Part shown: positions 17,650-28,157 of the stretch, piece after piece
How positions within the stretch are numbered: position 1 is the first letter of the stretch
How the letters are laid out: every line of letters begins with the position of its first letter
DNA from: an uncultured bacterium
GTDB lineage: Bacteria; Muiribacteriota; Ozemobacteria; Ozemobacterales; Ozemobacteraceae
Length of the DNA: 64,000 nucleotides
NCBI GenBank assembly: GCA_964474705.1
Contig: CAYYUI010000005.1
Coordinates: forward strand, 41,965 to 105,964
Direction: 5' to 3'
Notes under the pieces: generated by a model
Database searches by the model: none
Told to the model about the DNA's origin: nothing
Seen by the model: the letters and a program-made list of their open reading frames with translations, nothing else
Translations under genes and position numbers: made by a program

Positions 17650-20643
17650 TCAATTTTCATGCTCGCTGCATTTGATACCTTTTTCATCGCCGGTCCAGGT
17701 GCCTGAGGTCGGACAAAGTGGAACGCCGCTTTCTTTAGCGGCATTGTCGATGATCGCGGAATCGCTGCTCAACGGCGTTTTTGTGTTCTGCAGATATTTC
17801 AGCATGCGCGTCCGGTTGTAGCTGCAGCAGGCGTGTTCATCGAGAATCAGCGGAATAGCGGGAACATCGTTGTGCTGATTGCAGAAAATCAGGCCGCTGT
17901 TTTCATCGCTTCGGATTTTGCCGCCGGCAGGGCAGCTTTTTTCAAGTTCCGGGGTATAAAACATCCGGTTGAGAAAGCAGATTGTTCTGGCTAGATAAAA
18001 GTCTAATACCTTCCTGATGAGTGGGTGGCCGAGTTTAAACCTTACCTGCAGCCAGCCGGCAATATTCTCGAAGTCAGTCGAAACATAGATCAGTTCTTTG
18101 TCGTCGCGAACTCTGATCGTTGTTTCAAGGCCCAGGTTCTGGGTCTGAAGCTTGAAAGCGAACAGGTTGCGTGCGAACCTTTTCATGAATTCGTCATTCT
18201 CGGCTTTCCCGGTCGTAGCCGTCGAGAATTCGTTCAATGTCCCGTCTTTATAGGAATAGCGTGTATATATTCTTATGAAAGGAGCGAGAGGATTGCTGAC
18301 CAGCGATTGAAGCATTCCGGGAACAAGTGCCTGGATATTTTTCCAGTCGTAGATGATTTCGATGAAACTTTCGGGATTGAAAGGGATGATCTGGCCGGTC
18401 AATTCAGGTGTGTCGCTGGCTTCAAGTGGTCTGGCGCTAAGATAAACCGCATTTCGGTCAGCAAACGCATGTATTTTTTGCCTGCCGAAGTTGAATACGC
18501 ATCGGTCGGGGGTTTCGCTCAGCTGCTGTTTGACGTTGATCTGAGAAAAGTAGTTGTTAAGAAGTGCCAGAATCGTCGTTCCTGAGGTCGATTCGGTTTC
18601 AAGACGAACAATTGTTGATTTTCTCAGTTTAATCAACTTTTTGATGAAAACAGTTACCGATTTGTCGGTAAAGTTGGCAGCTGCCGGAACAAAAGCTGCC
18701 AGCTGGCGAAAAAACTGCGGCCCGAAGGAAATAACCAGCGGATAGTGGCTTGCGGGCGGTAGCCCGGCAAACAGCTTGTCGACAGGACTGACCGGGTTAG
18801 TCTGTTTTTGGCCCGTCGATTGATCATCTTCCTGCGGTGTCGTTTCCGGGGCCGGTGCATCTGAAGTCAGGTCACTTTCAAGCTCGATGGCCGGTGCGGC
18901 CGGTGCGCCGGTTTCGGCTTCTTCAGCTTTAACAGATTTTCTATCGAGGACGTAGCTGCTGAGAACCGGTTCTTCAAGCGAGCGAATGCCGGCCTTGATG
19001 TCGGAGCAGAGCTTAGTCATGTCTATTGCCTGATCGTATAGTTTTTCTTCCTGGTACAGTCTGGCGATGCTCATGAGAATATTGGTGACTTTTTCTTTGT
19101 CGGCCCGGTCGCCCATGAGGGTGTGATAATCGGCCATAGCACCATGATATGCCTTGAGGCGTACGGCTAGATAAAGAGTGTTGTCAGGGTCTTTCAATTT
19201 TGGATCGGCTTTGAAAGCTTCACGCAGATAAGTAATCGCCGAATCGAAATCGCTGCGGTCGAGATAAACTCGTCCGATGTGCAGTAGGACTTCTCCCTGG
19301 CCTGGAACCAGCTGATTCGCCTTGAGCAGCAGATTGAGGGCTTTTTCTGCTTCGCCGTTCCGATAATATGCCCACCCAAGGGTGTCGATGTAGGAGGCGT
19401 TATTTTTTTCGAGCTGAACCGCGGCTTCGGCAAGTTCGATAGCCTTGCCGATGTTGGTGTTTTGCTCGGTATAGAGGTAGGCCAGGTTATTCATGGCTTC
19501 GCCTGAATCGGGTCTGATTTTTATCGCCTGTTCATAGTGCTCTGCTGCGTTTTTCAGGTCGCCTGCCGCATAATATACGGTTGCCAGATGATAATGAGGC
19601 TCATAAACGTTCATTTTCATCGACAGTGAGCGGGTAAGCTCCTCGACGGCCTTTTTGTGGTCCTGGTTTTTGAATGAAGCCCAGCCAAGGCTGTCTCTGA
19701 ATCCGGGGTTTTCCGGGTCCATGTCGACGGCACGCTGACAGAGCTCCTGGGCAGACTGAGTGTTGACTCCATATTCTGCGTAAAGATAGCCAAGGTTATT
19801 GAGAGCATGCGGATTGTTGGGCGAAAGTTCGAGAATTTTCTTGTAGACGGCTTCTTCAAGCCAGAAAGGTTCTGGTTTGTTGCGGCCCTGATAATCTTCG
19901 TGCAGACCCATGTAAATGCCAAGAAGCGAATTCTGCAGCTTGGGATTTCGTGGGTCCAGAGATGATGCTTTCTCATACGAGGCAATCGATAAAAACAGTG
20001 AAGAATCCATGGAACCAAGAAACCTGAAAGCCTGCCCCATGACGTAATAATAGTGGGCGGTGCGTGGAATCAGAGTCAGGGCTCTTTTCAGGTCTTCTTC
20101 AGGTTTCATCGGCTCAAAATAGCCATTGGGACGGTTGCGGAGTTCCTGGAAGATGATGCCCTTTGCCAGCCAGTAATCAGGATTTTTTACCAGTCTGTCT
20201 TCTGAGTCGATCAGCAGATCTTCCAGATTTTTATCCTGCAGGTTGGATTTATCGTCGCTTTTATCGATGCTTAGAAGCAGACCGGTAAAGAAAATGTCGC
20301 GCAGTCTCTCTTCTTCCGAAAAGTCCTTTTTGCCGGTGCTTTTGAAAAAACTGGTGCTGAGCTTAATGAGCTCGTCGCGTCGCGGAGTGTCGGACAGCTT
20401 GATCAGGCTGAACCACCTGGTTATGGCATGCAGCTGCGCCAGAGTGTTGCCCTGTTGCTCGTTCAGATATTTCTTGAGCAGCTGCAGGTTGAAATCGCTT
20501 GGTTTCGTTTTTTCAAAGCGAATTTCTTCGTGGCCGAAAAGCGGCAGGCCGAAATCGAAGTTAATTTCGCCGGAAACCGGCGAAAATAAGGCAGCTATGA
20601 AAAAAATGGCAAGACAGAAAACCCTGTATGATTTGTTCAGCAT
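17650..20643 (-). CDS. large secreted TPR-repeat protein (997 aa) with Cys-containing C-terminal domain
   Basis: Signal peptide, at least 8 TPR-like repeats (AxxxYxxAxxLDPxN patterns), ~350 aa non-TPR C-terminus; 27 nt downstream of the vWA gene. Confidence 0.6.
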   Translation of the reverse strand: MLNKSYRVFCLAIFFIAALFSPVSGEINFDFGLPLFGHEEIRFEKTKPSDFNLQLLKKYLNEQQGNTLAQLHAITRWFSLIKLSDTPRRDELIKLSTSFFKSTGKKDFSEEERLRDIFFTGLLLSIDKSDDKSNLQDKNLEDLLIDSEDRLVKNPDYWLAKGIIFQELRNRPNGYFEPMKPEEDLKRALTLIPRTAHYYYVMGQAFRFLGSMDSSLFLSIASYEKASSLDPRNPKLQNSLLGIYMGLHEDYQGRNKPEPFWLEEAVYKKILELSPNNPHALNNLGYLYAEYGVNTQSAQELCQRAVDMDPENPGFRDSLGWASFKNQDHKKAVEELTRSLSMKMNVYEPHYHLATVYYAAGDLKNAAEHYEQAIKIRPDSGEAMNNLAYLYTEQNTNIGKAIELAEAAVQLEKNNASYIDTLGWAYYRNGEAEKALNLLLKANQLVPGQGEVLLHIGRVYLDRSDFDSAITYLREAFKADPKLKDPDNTLYLAVRLKAYHGAMADYHTLMGDRADKEKVTNILMSIARLYQEEKLYDQAIDMTKLCSDIKAGIRSLEEPVLSSYVLDRKSVKAEEAETGAPAAPAIELESDLTSDAPAPETTPQEDDQSTGQKQTNPVSPVDKLFAGLPPASHYPLVISFGPQFFRQLAAFVPAAANFTDKSVTVFIKKLIKLRKSTIVRLETESTSGTTILALLNNYFSQINVKQQLSETPDRCVFNFGRQKIHAFADRNAVYLSARPLEASDTPELTGQIIPFNPESFIEIIYDWKNIQALVPGMLQSLVSNPLAPFIRIYTRYSYKDGTLNEFSTATTGKAENDEFMKRFARNLFAFKLQTQNLGLETTIRVRDDKELIYVSTDFENIAGWLQVRFKLGHPLIRKVLDFYLARTICFLNRMFYTPELEKSCPAGGKIRSDENSGLIFCNQHNDVPAIPLILDEHACCSYNRTRMLKYLQNTKTPLSSDSAIIDNAAKESGVPLCPTSGTWTGDEKGIKCSEHEN

Positions 20644-20670
20644 TGAATGCCTCCGTATTTGCGAATCAGT

Positions 20671-21714
20671 TTATTTCCAGGTGCGGGTTCTGGTGAGTTT
20701 TTGCCCGCCTTCGTTGATTGTGAGCTCGATTGAGCCAGGCTGATTGATGTCGCTGGCTACCGAAAGTTCGATTACCTGAACATTGTTGATTATCTGGCCA
20801 AGCTTCTTGAACCAGTCTGCAAGCCTGCTGCTGTCGGGAACATAGGAATAATAGCCATCGGTGCTGTTGGAAAGGTTGCGGAGATTGGTTACCTCGAGCC
20901 AGCCGAAGCCGAAAACAAAAACCGAAATATTATGCATCTGGCATCTTCTGATAACATCATCGATGCTTGCGATCGAGGCATTATCGTTGCCATCGGTGCT
21001 GAGGATCAAGAATCTGAAGTGCGGGCGGGCCTGGATTTTTTCTACTCCGGTATCGACCCCGTCAAACAGCGCGGTGTTCTGCAGAGGAATGCGTTTCTTG
21101 ACAGCTGTTTCAAGAACGGTTTTATCGGCGGTCAGAGTCTGAACTTCATGAACCTTGTTGTTGAACTTGATCACCCCGGCGGTGAAAGGAATAAGAAGCT
21201 GGCCGATAAGCGCTGACGAGTTATCTTCGATGGCGGTAAGGTCTTCGGGAAACATGCTGCCCGAGTAATCCATGATATTGGCAAAACTCATCGGGTCGGC
21301 AAGGTCGCTATATGCATGCAGTGGCCTTACCCGGTCGACTATGATGCTGATATCAGCTCCGGATTTGTCTTTGCCTGTTACCGTCACGTTCGCGGCATTG
21401 ATGACTTTGACCGGACTTGCGTCTTTGTCTGTCATCGATACGAACATGAAGAACTTTTTCGGGCTGCTTTTCTCGATGCCGTGAATGCGCAAAGCATTGC
21501 TGAAGTCGTCTTCGGGCTTCAGGTTAGGGTGGAAGGCACTGATGAAGGTAAGATAGCGTCGCAGGGTTTCGAGAAGTGAATTTGAAGCCCCGTAATTCGA
21601 AGCCAGAAGATACCAGAGTATCCCGAGGCACAATAACAGAAAAAGAACCAGAAACAATATATATTTCCAGGCTGGAATTCTAAGCCTTTCGCCTCCTGGA
21701 GCTACTTCAACCAT
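20671..21714 (-). CDS. membrane-anchored von Willebrand factor A (vWA) domain protein (BatA/BatB-like)
   Basis: N-terminal TM; MIDAS motif DYSGSM; STDGND motif. Confidence 0.75.
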   Translation of the reverse strand: MVEVAPGGERLRIPAWKYILFLVLFLLLCLGILWYLLASNYGASNSLLETLRRYLTFISAFHPNLKPEDDFSNALRIHGIEKSSPKKFFMFVSMTDKDASPVKVINAANVTVTGKDKSGADISIIVDRVRPLHAYSDLADPMSFANIMDYSGSMFPEDLTAIEDNSSALIGQLLIPFTAGVIKFNNKVHEVQTLTADKTVLETAVKKRIPLQNTALFDGVDTGVEKIQARPHFRFLILSTDGNDNASIASIDDVIRRCQMHNISVFVFGFGWLEVTNLRNLSNSTDGYYSYVPDSSRLADWFKKLGQIINNVQVIELSVASDINQPGSIELTINEGGQKLTRTRTWK

Positions 21715-22350
21715 CAGTTCTCACCCCATGATCATTTGAATTGCCCATATCATAACACAACCCGCAGGTTTCTGACAGAATATTGCTGCAATGAAAATTG
21801 CCGCAAAATTTCTTCTGCCTGTTATCCTGGAGATTGCAGGGCTCAGTTTTTCAGAAAACTTCTGATGACTTCAAGATTTGATTCGGTTCGGATCTGATTG
21901 CTGCGGGGATCTTCAGGAAAACTGTTCTTATCCGAAATGCCTGTGTCTGAATTTTGCGAAGGAGACTCCTGTTGCACCGATGCTCTCTGCAGGCACTTCT
22001 CGATAAGAGTGCGAAATGAGGCGGAAACTGGTTCGTTTTGCATTTTGTGAGGTCCTTTCATTGTCACAAACAGCAGAAGAGAAACAGAAAAAGCCGCTAA
22101 AACAAAAACTCCCCCATGAAGATAAACGATCTTCGCGGGGGAGTCGCATTGACTGCGCTTCCTTGGGCCGGATTCGTCGTCCTGGTTTTTTGTGTTCCGG
22201 TTGCAGATTGCCTTCGGCTCCTGATGATTTTACCCGGTGATTATAGCCTTTTGTGTCTCGGGAGTCAAATTTCCGGTATTGTTTGAAATCTGCTGAAGAT
22301 GGGTGTTAACGTCGGTTGAAGGCTTTTGTCTGCCGTCTGGCGCAGATTGT

Positions 22351-22716
22351 TCACGTGTTGCGGAGACTGAGAAGTCTGCAGATCATATAAATGCCGGTGC
22401 CATACAGAAGACTTATCAGGCCAAGGGCAAGATGAGGTCCGATGCGCTGAGGGGTTTCGAGATTAGCGAGAACCAGGATTATACTGATGATGCAGGTTAT
22501 CAGGCCTGTCATCCAGGCTCCATGACCGGCGGCCAGCAACTGATTGCCATCCTTGTGTTCTGAGTTTTCGACAAGAAAATACGAACCGGTGGTGCCAAGA
22601 ATTATGACAATCGCCGCGGGAAAGTCTATGAACATGGAGATGTTGCCGGAACTATAAACCAGAAAAGCTGCGAGCCCTGCCGGTATGACTACACCAAGAT
22701 AATTGTTTGTATTCAT
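22351..22716 (-). CDS. small polytopic membrane protein (4 TM)
   Basis: ATG at 22716 with AGGGAG RBS; hydrophobic helices. Confidence 0.45.
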   Translation of the reverse strand: MNTNNYLGVVIPAGLAAFLVYSSGNISMFIDFPAAIVIILGTTGSYFLVENSEHKDGNQLLAAGHGAWMTGLITCIISIILVLANLETPQRIGPHLALGLISLLYGTGIYMICRLLSLRNT

Positions 22717-23011
22717 GCGTTTTCTCCCTGGTTTGTGTTTTGGTTGATTGATATCTTGCATAGAGCATGCCAGAAACGAAATAAATTCCAGTCTGCTCAA
22801 AAGCGGGTTTTATCTGGCGATAGGGAAAATTTGCTTGCCAGAAAGGGAAAATGTCTTCATGTGTGGTTGTTCTTTGACTTCCGGCCGGAAGCATGCTATT
22901 TGTGAAGGCAGAATAGTTTGATTGCTGCCGGCTGCTGTAGATTGCAGACTGCTATCTTGCATGGCGCGATGCAGGGAAAAGGTTGGGCCGGCGTAGGCCG
23001 GCAGGAAAAGG

Positions 23012-23803
23012 ATGAATCAGCAGAAATTTGCATATTTGAAGAGCATTTTTTGTGGCTATGTAGACTCTTTTCGCGATGAAAAAGGCAGTCTGCATCCGAT
23101 GCTGCAGCTAAAATACGACCATTCTCTGCGCGTAGCCGATGAAGCGCGTGAGATCGCCTCAGACCTTGGCTGGGGCAGCGAAGATATCAGGCTTGCAGAA
23201 ACTGTCGGGCTTTTCCATGATGTCGGCCGCTTTTCGCAGTTTCAGGAATTCAAAACCTATTATGACCCGAAATCTGTTAATCACGGTTGTCGAGGCTTTG
23301 AGGTTCTGCAAAAATCCGACTGGCTCACCGGCCTCTCCGATGCCGAGAAGTGCACGATTCTCGAGGCGGTGCGCCTGCATAACTGTCACCTGTTACCGGA
23401 GAATCTTTCCCCGCAGCTGGAGCGCCATGTAAATCTGGTCAGAGATGCCGACAAGCTCGATATTTTCTTCGTTCTCAACAATGCCATCGAAGAAAGACGG
23501 CTGAATGACAACCCCGGAATAATCTGGAACCTGCCTCGAAATATGCCGCCCAGCCGGGTGATCCTCGACGACCTTTGCAATCATCGGCAGGCCCGCTACG
23601 AAAATGTCAAATCAGAAGCAGACTTTTGTCTGCTGCAACTCTGCTGGATCTACGATCTTAATTACCTGCCTACCATCAGAAGAGTAGCCGAAAGAGAAAT
23701 TGTGACGCGGATTGCCAGTACACTTCCGGTTCACGATGATATCAACGCTGCTCTGCAGCATCTGCACGACTTTTTGCATAAATCCGTCTCCGGGCAGCAG
23801 TAG
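23012..23803 (+). CDS. HD-domain phosphohydrolase family protein
   Basis: H...HD...D metal-binding pattern (YDHSLRVADEA...GLFHDVGRF...DADKLD). Confidence 0.7.
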   Translation: MNQQKFAYLKSIFCGYVDSFRDEKGSLHPMLQLKYDHSLRVADEAREIASDLGWGSEDIRLAETVGLFHDVGRFSQFQEFKTYYDPKSVNHGCRGFEVLQKSDWLTGLSDAEKCTILEAVRLHNCHLLPENLSPQLERHVNLVRDADKLDIFFVLNNAIEERRLNDNPGIIWNLPRNMPPSRVILDDLCNHRQARYENVKSEADFCLLQLCWIYDLNYLPTIRRVAEREIVTRIASTLPVHDDINAALQHLHDFLHKSVSGQQ

Positions 23804-23820
23804 CAGAAGTTCATAACTCT

Positions 23821-24936
23821 ATGAAATCAGCAGGTATCTCCCGAGTTTCTTCGTTTGACAATGTTCGTGCCCTTGCTGTCATCTGCATGATCATTTCTCA
23901 TGTCTCTCTTATGCTTGGCTCTGCAGATGCCTGCGCAACACCGGTTGGCCGTTTCATGAACGATTTTTGCGGTACCGCCCCAGCGGCGCCTGTATTTATG
24001 CTGCTGATGGGTATTTTTTTTGTGTTTCCACATGATCGATCCCTGTCGGTTAAAGTTTTTCGTGGTCTCAAGCTTTTTCTGCTGGGCATAATGCTGAATT
24101 TCCTTCGCATGGTGATCCCTTTTTACATTCTGTCGATAAATGCTCCGGAAATGTTCGACGGCATGGTCACTGCTCTGCAGGTGGGCAGGGATGTCGTTTT
24201 CTGGCGCATTCTTTACAATGTCGATATTCTTGGATTTGCCGGTGTGGCATATATCATCCTGGCTCTTTTGCAGCATCTGCTGACCAGAAGCTGGCAGTGG
24301 ATCTCCGTCGGTGCGGTAATGATTTTTGCGGCCCCGTATTTGTGGGGGGCCGGCGAAAGCCTGGGGATAGCATTTTACCCGCTTCAGCCTCTCTGGGGGC
24401 GTGCATTTGTCATGGGCGCACCAACCGATACTGCTTTTCCGGTTTTTCCCTGGCTGGTTTTTCCAATCATGGGTTTGTTGATCGGCCGGTTGCTGAAATC
24501 TGACGTGCCTGAGTCTGAAATTGCAGCCGGAATGACCCGTTTCGGCCTGTTGTTTGCAATTCTCGGTGCCGCATTTGTTTCAGTTTACGGAACCGGGCAA
24601 TTTGGTGACTATTATCGCATGTACGCCGGCGGCACTTTTCTGGTAATGAGTTTTGCTCTGTTGTGGACAGCCATGTTCATGCGGCTGACCTTAAAGGGTT
24701 ATATGGGGTGGGCATCTTCGGTGCTGACTTTCTGGAGCGAAAACCTGACGCTGATTTATTGTGTACAGTGGTTCTGGTTCGGGTTCAGCATTCTTCTGCC
24801 GTATTTCCGGCGTGTCGACAGTCCCATTGTGCTGATGGCCGTGACTCCGGTGTTTTTTCTGCTGACCTGGGGTTTTACCAGGCTGCTTCTTTTTTCTCCG
24901 CGCTTTATTGGAATCTTTCGCTGGTTTACCCGCTGA
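23821..24936 (+). CDS. polytopic membrane protein, DUF1624/acyltransferase-3-like
   Basis: N-terminal FDNVRALAVICMIISH motif typical of heparan-alpha-glucosaminide N-acetyltransferase-like (DUF1624) proteins; ~10 TM. Confidence 0.5.
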   Translation: MKSAGISRVSSFDNVRALAVICMIISHVSLMLGSADACATPVGRFMNDFCGTAPAAPVFMLLMGIFFVFPHDRSLSVKVFRGLKLFLLGIMLNFLRMVIPFYILSINAPEMFDGMVTALQVGRDVVFWRILYNVDILGFAGVAYIILALLQHLLTRSWQWISVGAVMIFAAPYLWGAGESLGIAFYPLQPLWGRAFVMGAPTDTAFPVFPWLVFPIMGLLIGRLLKSDVPESEIAAGMTRFGLLFAILGAAFVSVYGTGQFGDYYRMYAGGTFLVMSFALLWTAMFMRLTLKGYMGWASSVLTFWSENLTLIYCVQWFWFGFSILLPYFRRVDSPIVLMAVTPVFFLLTWGFTRLLLFSPRFIGIFRWFTR

Positions 24937-24960
24937 CTGCTGTTTATATCGACAAAAATA

Positions 24961-24992
24961 AGCCGCGGCGGGCAATGATGCCTGCCGCGGCT
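24961..24992 (-). terminator. hairpin terminator downstream of the tubulin-like gene
   Basis: 12-bp GC-rich stem (AGCCGCGGCGGG/CCTGCCGCGGCT) followed on the - strand by a T-run. Confidence 0.5.
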
Positions 24993-25004
24993 CTCTTTAA
25001 GCAA

Positions 25005-28000
25005 TTATTTGGCTACTTCACCTTCGATGGTGCCTGATGGACGCTGACTGAGAATGTGGTTGAACTGTTCGTTGTAATCCTGGAGAATGCGCAGAATGCC
25101 GCGTTTGATCGACAGCAGTTCGTCGCTGGCCGGGCTGACTTCGTGGTTCTTTTTGATTTCTTCTTCAATGGCGTCTTCAAGTTTTTTGACTTTGTCGGTC
25201 ATGATCGGCAGATACTTGCTGACTATTTCGCGCTGTTTCGGGAACGGCAGTGATTTCCAGTATTCATTGTAGACGCTTCTGATCAGGTAAATACCCATGG
25301 TGTTGTTCTTGAGATAGTCGAACAGCTGGGTGATGGTGCGGCCGATCGGCTGCGGTTTGTCCTGTTGATACCAGAGCTCATACTGCACCAGCTCATTGTT
25401 GTATTCGATACCGTATTTGCTCTGAACCGTATCAGCGATAAGCTCATAGCGCAGTAGCAGGTAGACCATGTAATGCTCTTCGAGCTTTTTGGCCGGAATC
25501 AGGCCGTAGCTCGACCAGAGAACCGGGTAGGCATCGTTAGTAAGAAGAGCGTGGCAGTTGATTTTTGCGGTGTTCTGGCGATAGAGATTGTGCCATTGCG
25601 TTATGGCGCTGATATTATACGGAGCGATGCCGTGTAGAGTCTGCAGCAGACTGATTTCATAAGGGTTGCGGGTCGGAGCCACGGTTACGCCGATGTCTCC
25701 TTTGCGCAGCGCATCCTTGATTTCTTCAGAAAGTTTGCTGTTCTCGTCGGCAATGCCGAGGGTGACGATATTCATGCGCTGTGGCTGGTTGTTGCCGCGA
25801 TCGTTCATAGTGATCAGCGGTGTCGACTGGTTCATCATGCTTTCGACCAGACTCTTCTTGAAGCCCTTGCGCACTGAGTCCTTCCAGTGAATGAAATCTT
25901 CGATGCCACCGAACAGGCGGCGCTCGATAATACCGCGGCAGTATTTGACGATTTCTTTTTCGAGTGAATTGCCTTCAGGATTGGTGAACTTTTCCCAGTT
26001 TTCCTTGAGGTTGATCTTGACCAGAAAGTCACCTTCGATGTCGTTGTTTGAAAGGTCGCCGAGCAGATATTTGTAGAACGGCTCGATATCGCGATCTTCA
26101 AAAATATAGGTTCTGATGAAATCCTGAACTTTCGAATAAGGCTTGATGCGCTCGAGGCAGTGTTCATACTGTCGTTCGATCATGCCATCCTTGGAAATCT
26201 GCGCCAGCTTTGTCGAGAAAACCTCGACCTGTTTGCGTATCGACTGAGACTGCACGTTCAGGTATTTAAGAAAATCTTCAGCACATGAAATACAGAACAT
26301 TTCATATTCCATGTCGACGGCTTCCTTGGCTTCTTTCAGCAGTTTATCGCGTTCGTCGTTGATGTCGGTCATGCGCAGCACAGTGCCGAGTTCCATGAGC
26401 TTGCCGCCGAGGCCGGCAAAGCCACCGAGCTTTTCCTTGAGCCGATTGGCTATTTCACGGTATTCACGCTGTTCTTTTTCGAGTTTGCCCTTGATTTCCT
26501 GGACTTTACGCGACAGAATTTCGCGGGGGTAGCGGGTCAGATATTTTTCGAAGGCGACGAGAAAGTCGATCGCAATGTGAGCGCCAAGGTCGGGGTTATT
26601 GATAATTTCGATAACCTTGTCAAGAAGATGCTCGCCTGCTTTGACGGCATTCTGTTCGAAATTGACCCTGACCTTGGCTCTGATCTCGTCTTTTTTGACG
26701 CGGTTCTGATTCATTTCATCGATCTGGCGAAGAATGAAAGCCGAGGCAGATTCGCCTTCCTTCTGTTTGTTCACGGTGCGCAGCGAATGGAACATCGGGT
26801 TGTCCCAGTATTGCTTGCGATCGATGATTTCTTTGGTCATCATGAACAGGCCTTCAGGAGTGAGATCGATTTTGGTCGGGTTGTTTTCGGCGAATTCCTG
26901 AACCATGCTGTCGATAAGAATTCGGTCTACCGAGAGTTTCAGCCAGTAGGTGACATCCATCGAGAGTTTGTAGGTATAGAGGTCGCGGATGACGTCGAGT
27001 GGGTAATAGAAGCTCTTGAAACCGGCTGAGCTGAAGCATTTCAGCTGCTTGCCCTCCAGGTCTGAACTGTTTTGCCCGAGAATCTGTGAAGCGTTGTCGA
27101 GCATCGAGTTCTGCGCCTGGCGAAGCTGGGTGGCAAGTTTTGTAAAAATCAGCTCGGAGGCGATGCTGTAATAGGTCGGGATGTCGTCCTGATTGCTGGT
27201 GCCAAGCAGGTAGCACTGATCGAAAGGCGGTTCTTCACTGACCGAACCGTAAGTGGTTGTGTCGTTGCTCTTGCCGATCGGGCCGTAGTTGACCATAAAC
27301 TTGTTGCGGCGGTCCTGGCTGATAATGTCTTTGGCGGTACGGGTCGGCGGAAACTTCTCTTTGTTCATGAAATAGAAAGTTTCTACGAGTGAAGCATAGC
27401 CATTGCCTTCGAGACGCCCGGTTGAATTGACGTTCGGGTCGATGGAAATCTGGGTGAAGGCTTCCGGAGTCAGCTGGATGCCAACGATGGTCGGCTTGCC
27501 TTTGCCGCCTGAGAGCTGATAATAAGCCATTTTGAGCAGGTAGGCGATGTCGAGAAACATGCCGGCGCCTGACCCGCCGCACAATGAACCGACGACGTAG
27601 AATTCAGGGGTGAGAATCTGGCCCTGCTTATTGGTCAGGGGAACGATGATGTCGTCCTGATTGACATTGCTTCGGGCCATAATTTTGCTCATCTTGGCCT
27701 TGATCTGCTGAAAAATCTTCTGGATATCGACAAAAATGCCGAAACGGCCGGTAAACCTGAACTGGTGAGCTCCCTGGCTTATCTGACCGATGTGATGTTT
27801 CAGTTTCTGCGGGAACCATTCGTAGAGATAATTGTAGGTTTCAGAATCCAGATTTCCAGTTATCTGGCCGGCATTCTGGATGTTGATCTGATGATACTCA
27901 CTTTCGGTGAGTTTTGAGCCGGTCTTGGGATCGTCTTCAGGCTGGCTGGCGTCGAAAATGTCTGTGTCGATGCAGAGAAGATCGATAAAATCAGGCAGCG

Positions 28001-28157
28001 CCGGTTCGCCTTTTCCTGAGATTGCATAGGCCTTCTTGATCTGGGGGCTATTGAGAAAAGTTTCTTTGAAATTGATCAGTGATTTTTTGCCGGTACCCCC
28101 GAGCCCTACAATCAGAGCAGGGTTGAGTGCAATGCGGTTTTCATAGTTTGTGCTCAT
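25005..28157 (-). CDS. giant tubulin/FtsZ-superfamily GTPase-like protein (Tubulin_2-type N-terminal domain + ~800 aa helical/coiled-coil extension)
   Basis: T1 loop ALIVGLGGTGKK, FtsZ-like CIDTD (NTD) motif, T4 loop VVGSLCGGSGAGMFLD, in the spacing expected for the tubulin/FtsZ fold. Probable start is ATG at 28157 with GGGAG RBS; the ORF track start is 28238. Confidence 0.6.
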   Translation of the reverse strand: MSTNYENRIALNPALIVGLGGTGKKSLINFKETFLNSPQIKKAYAISGKGEPALPDFIDLLCIDTDIFDASQPEDDPKTGSKLTESEYHQINIQNAGQITGNLDSETYNYLYEWFPQKLKHHIGQISQGAHQFRFTGRFGIFVDIQKIFQQIKAKMSKIMARSNVNQDDIIVPLTNKQGQILTPEFYVVGSLCGGSGAGMFLDIAYLLKMAYYQLSGGKGKPTIVGIQLTPEAFTQISIDPNVNSTGRLEGNGYASLVETFYFMNKEKFPPTRTAKDIISQDRRNKFMVNYGPIGKSNDTTTYGSVSEEPPFDQCYLLGTSNQDDIPTYYSIASELIFTKLATQLRQAQNSMLDNASQILGQNSSDLEGKQLKCFSSAGFKSFYYPLDVIRDLYTYKLSMDVTYWLKLSVDRILIDSMVQEFAENNPTKIDLTPEGLFMMTKEIIDRKQYWDNPMFHSLRTVNKQKEGESASAFILRQIDEMNQNRVKKDEIRAKVRVNFEQNAVKAGEHLLDKVIEIINNPDLGAHIAIDFLVAFEKYLTRYPREILSRKVQEIKGKLEKEQREYREIANRLKEKLGGFAGLGGKLMELGTVLRMTDINDERDKLLKEAKEAVDMEYEMFCISCAEDFLKYLNVQSQSIRKQVEVFSTKLAQISKDGMIERQYEHCLERIKPYSKVQDFIRTYIFEDRDIEPFYKYLLGDLSNNDIEGDFLVKINLKENWEKFTNPEGNSLEKEIVKYCRGIIERRLFGGIEDFIHWKDSVRKGFKKSLVESMMNQSTPLITMNDRGNNQPQRMNIVTLGIADENSKLSEEIKDALRKGDIGVTVAPTRNPYEISLLQTLHGIAPYNISAITQWHNLYRQNTAKINCHALLTNDAYPVLWSSYGLIPAKKLEEHYMVYLLLRYELIADTVQSKYGIEYNNELVQYELWYQQDKPQPIGRTITQLFDYLKNNTMGIYLIRSVYNEYWKSLPFPKQREIVSKYLPIMTDKVKKLEDAIEEEIKKNHEVSPASDELLSIKRGILRILQDYNEQFNHILSQRPSGTIEGEVAK

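Noticed and set aside
21843-22149. Small ORFs 21843..22067 (-) and 21928..22149 (-) upstream of the vWA gene
   Set aside because: No recognizable motif, no RBS found; could be a real small protein but unsupported. Nearby hairpin CTCCCCC...GGGGGAG (about 22110-22145) is more likely a terminator for the 22351..22716 gene.
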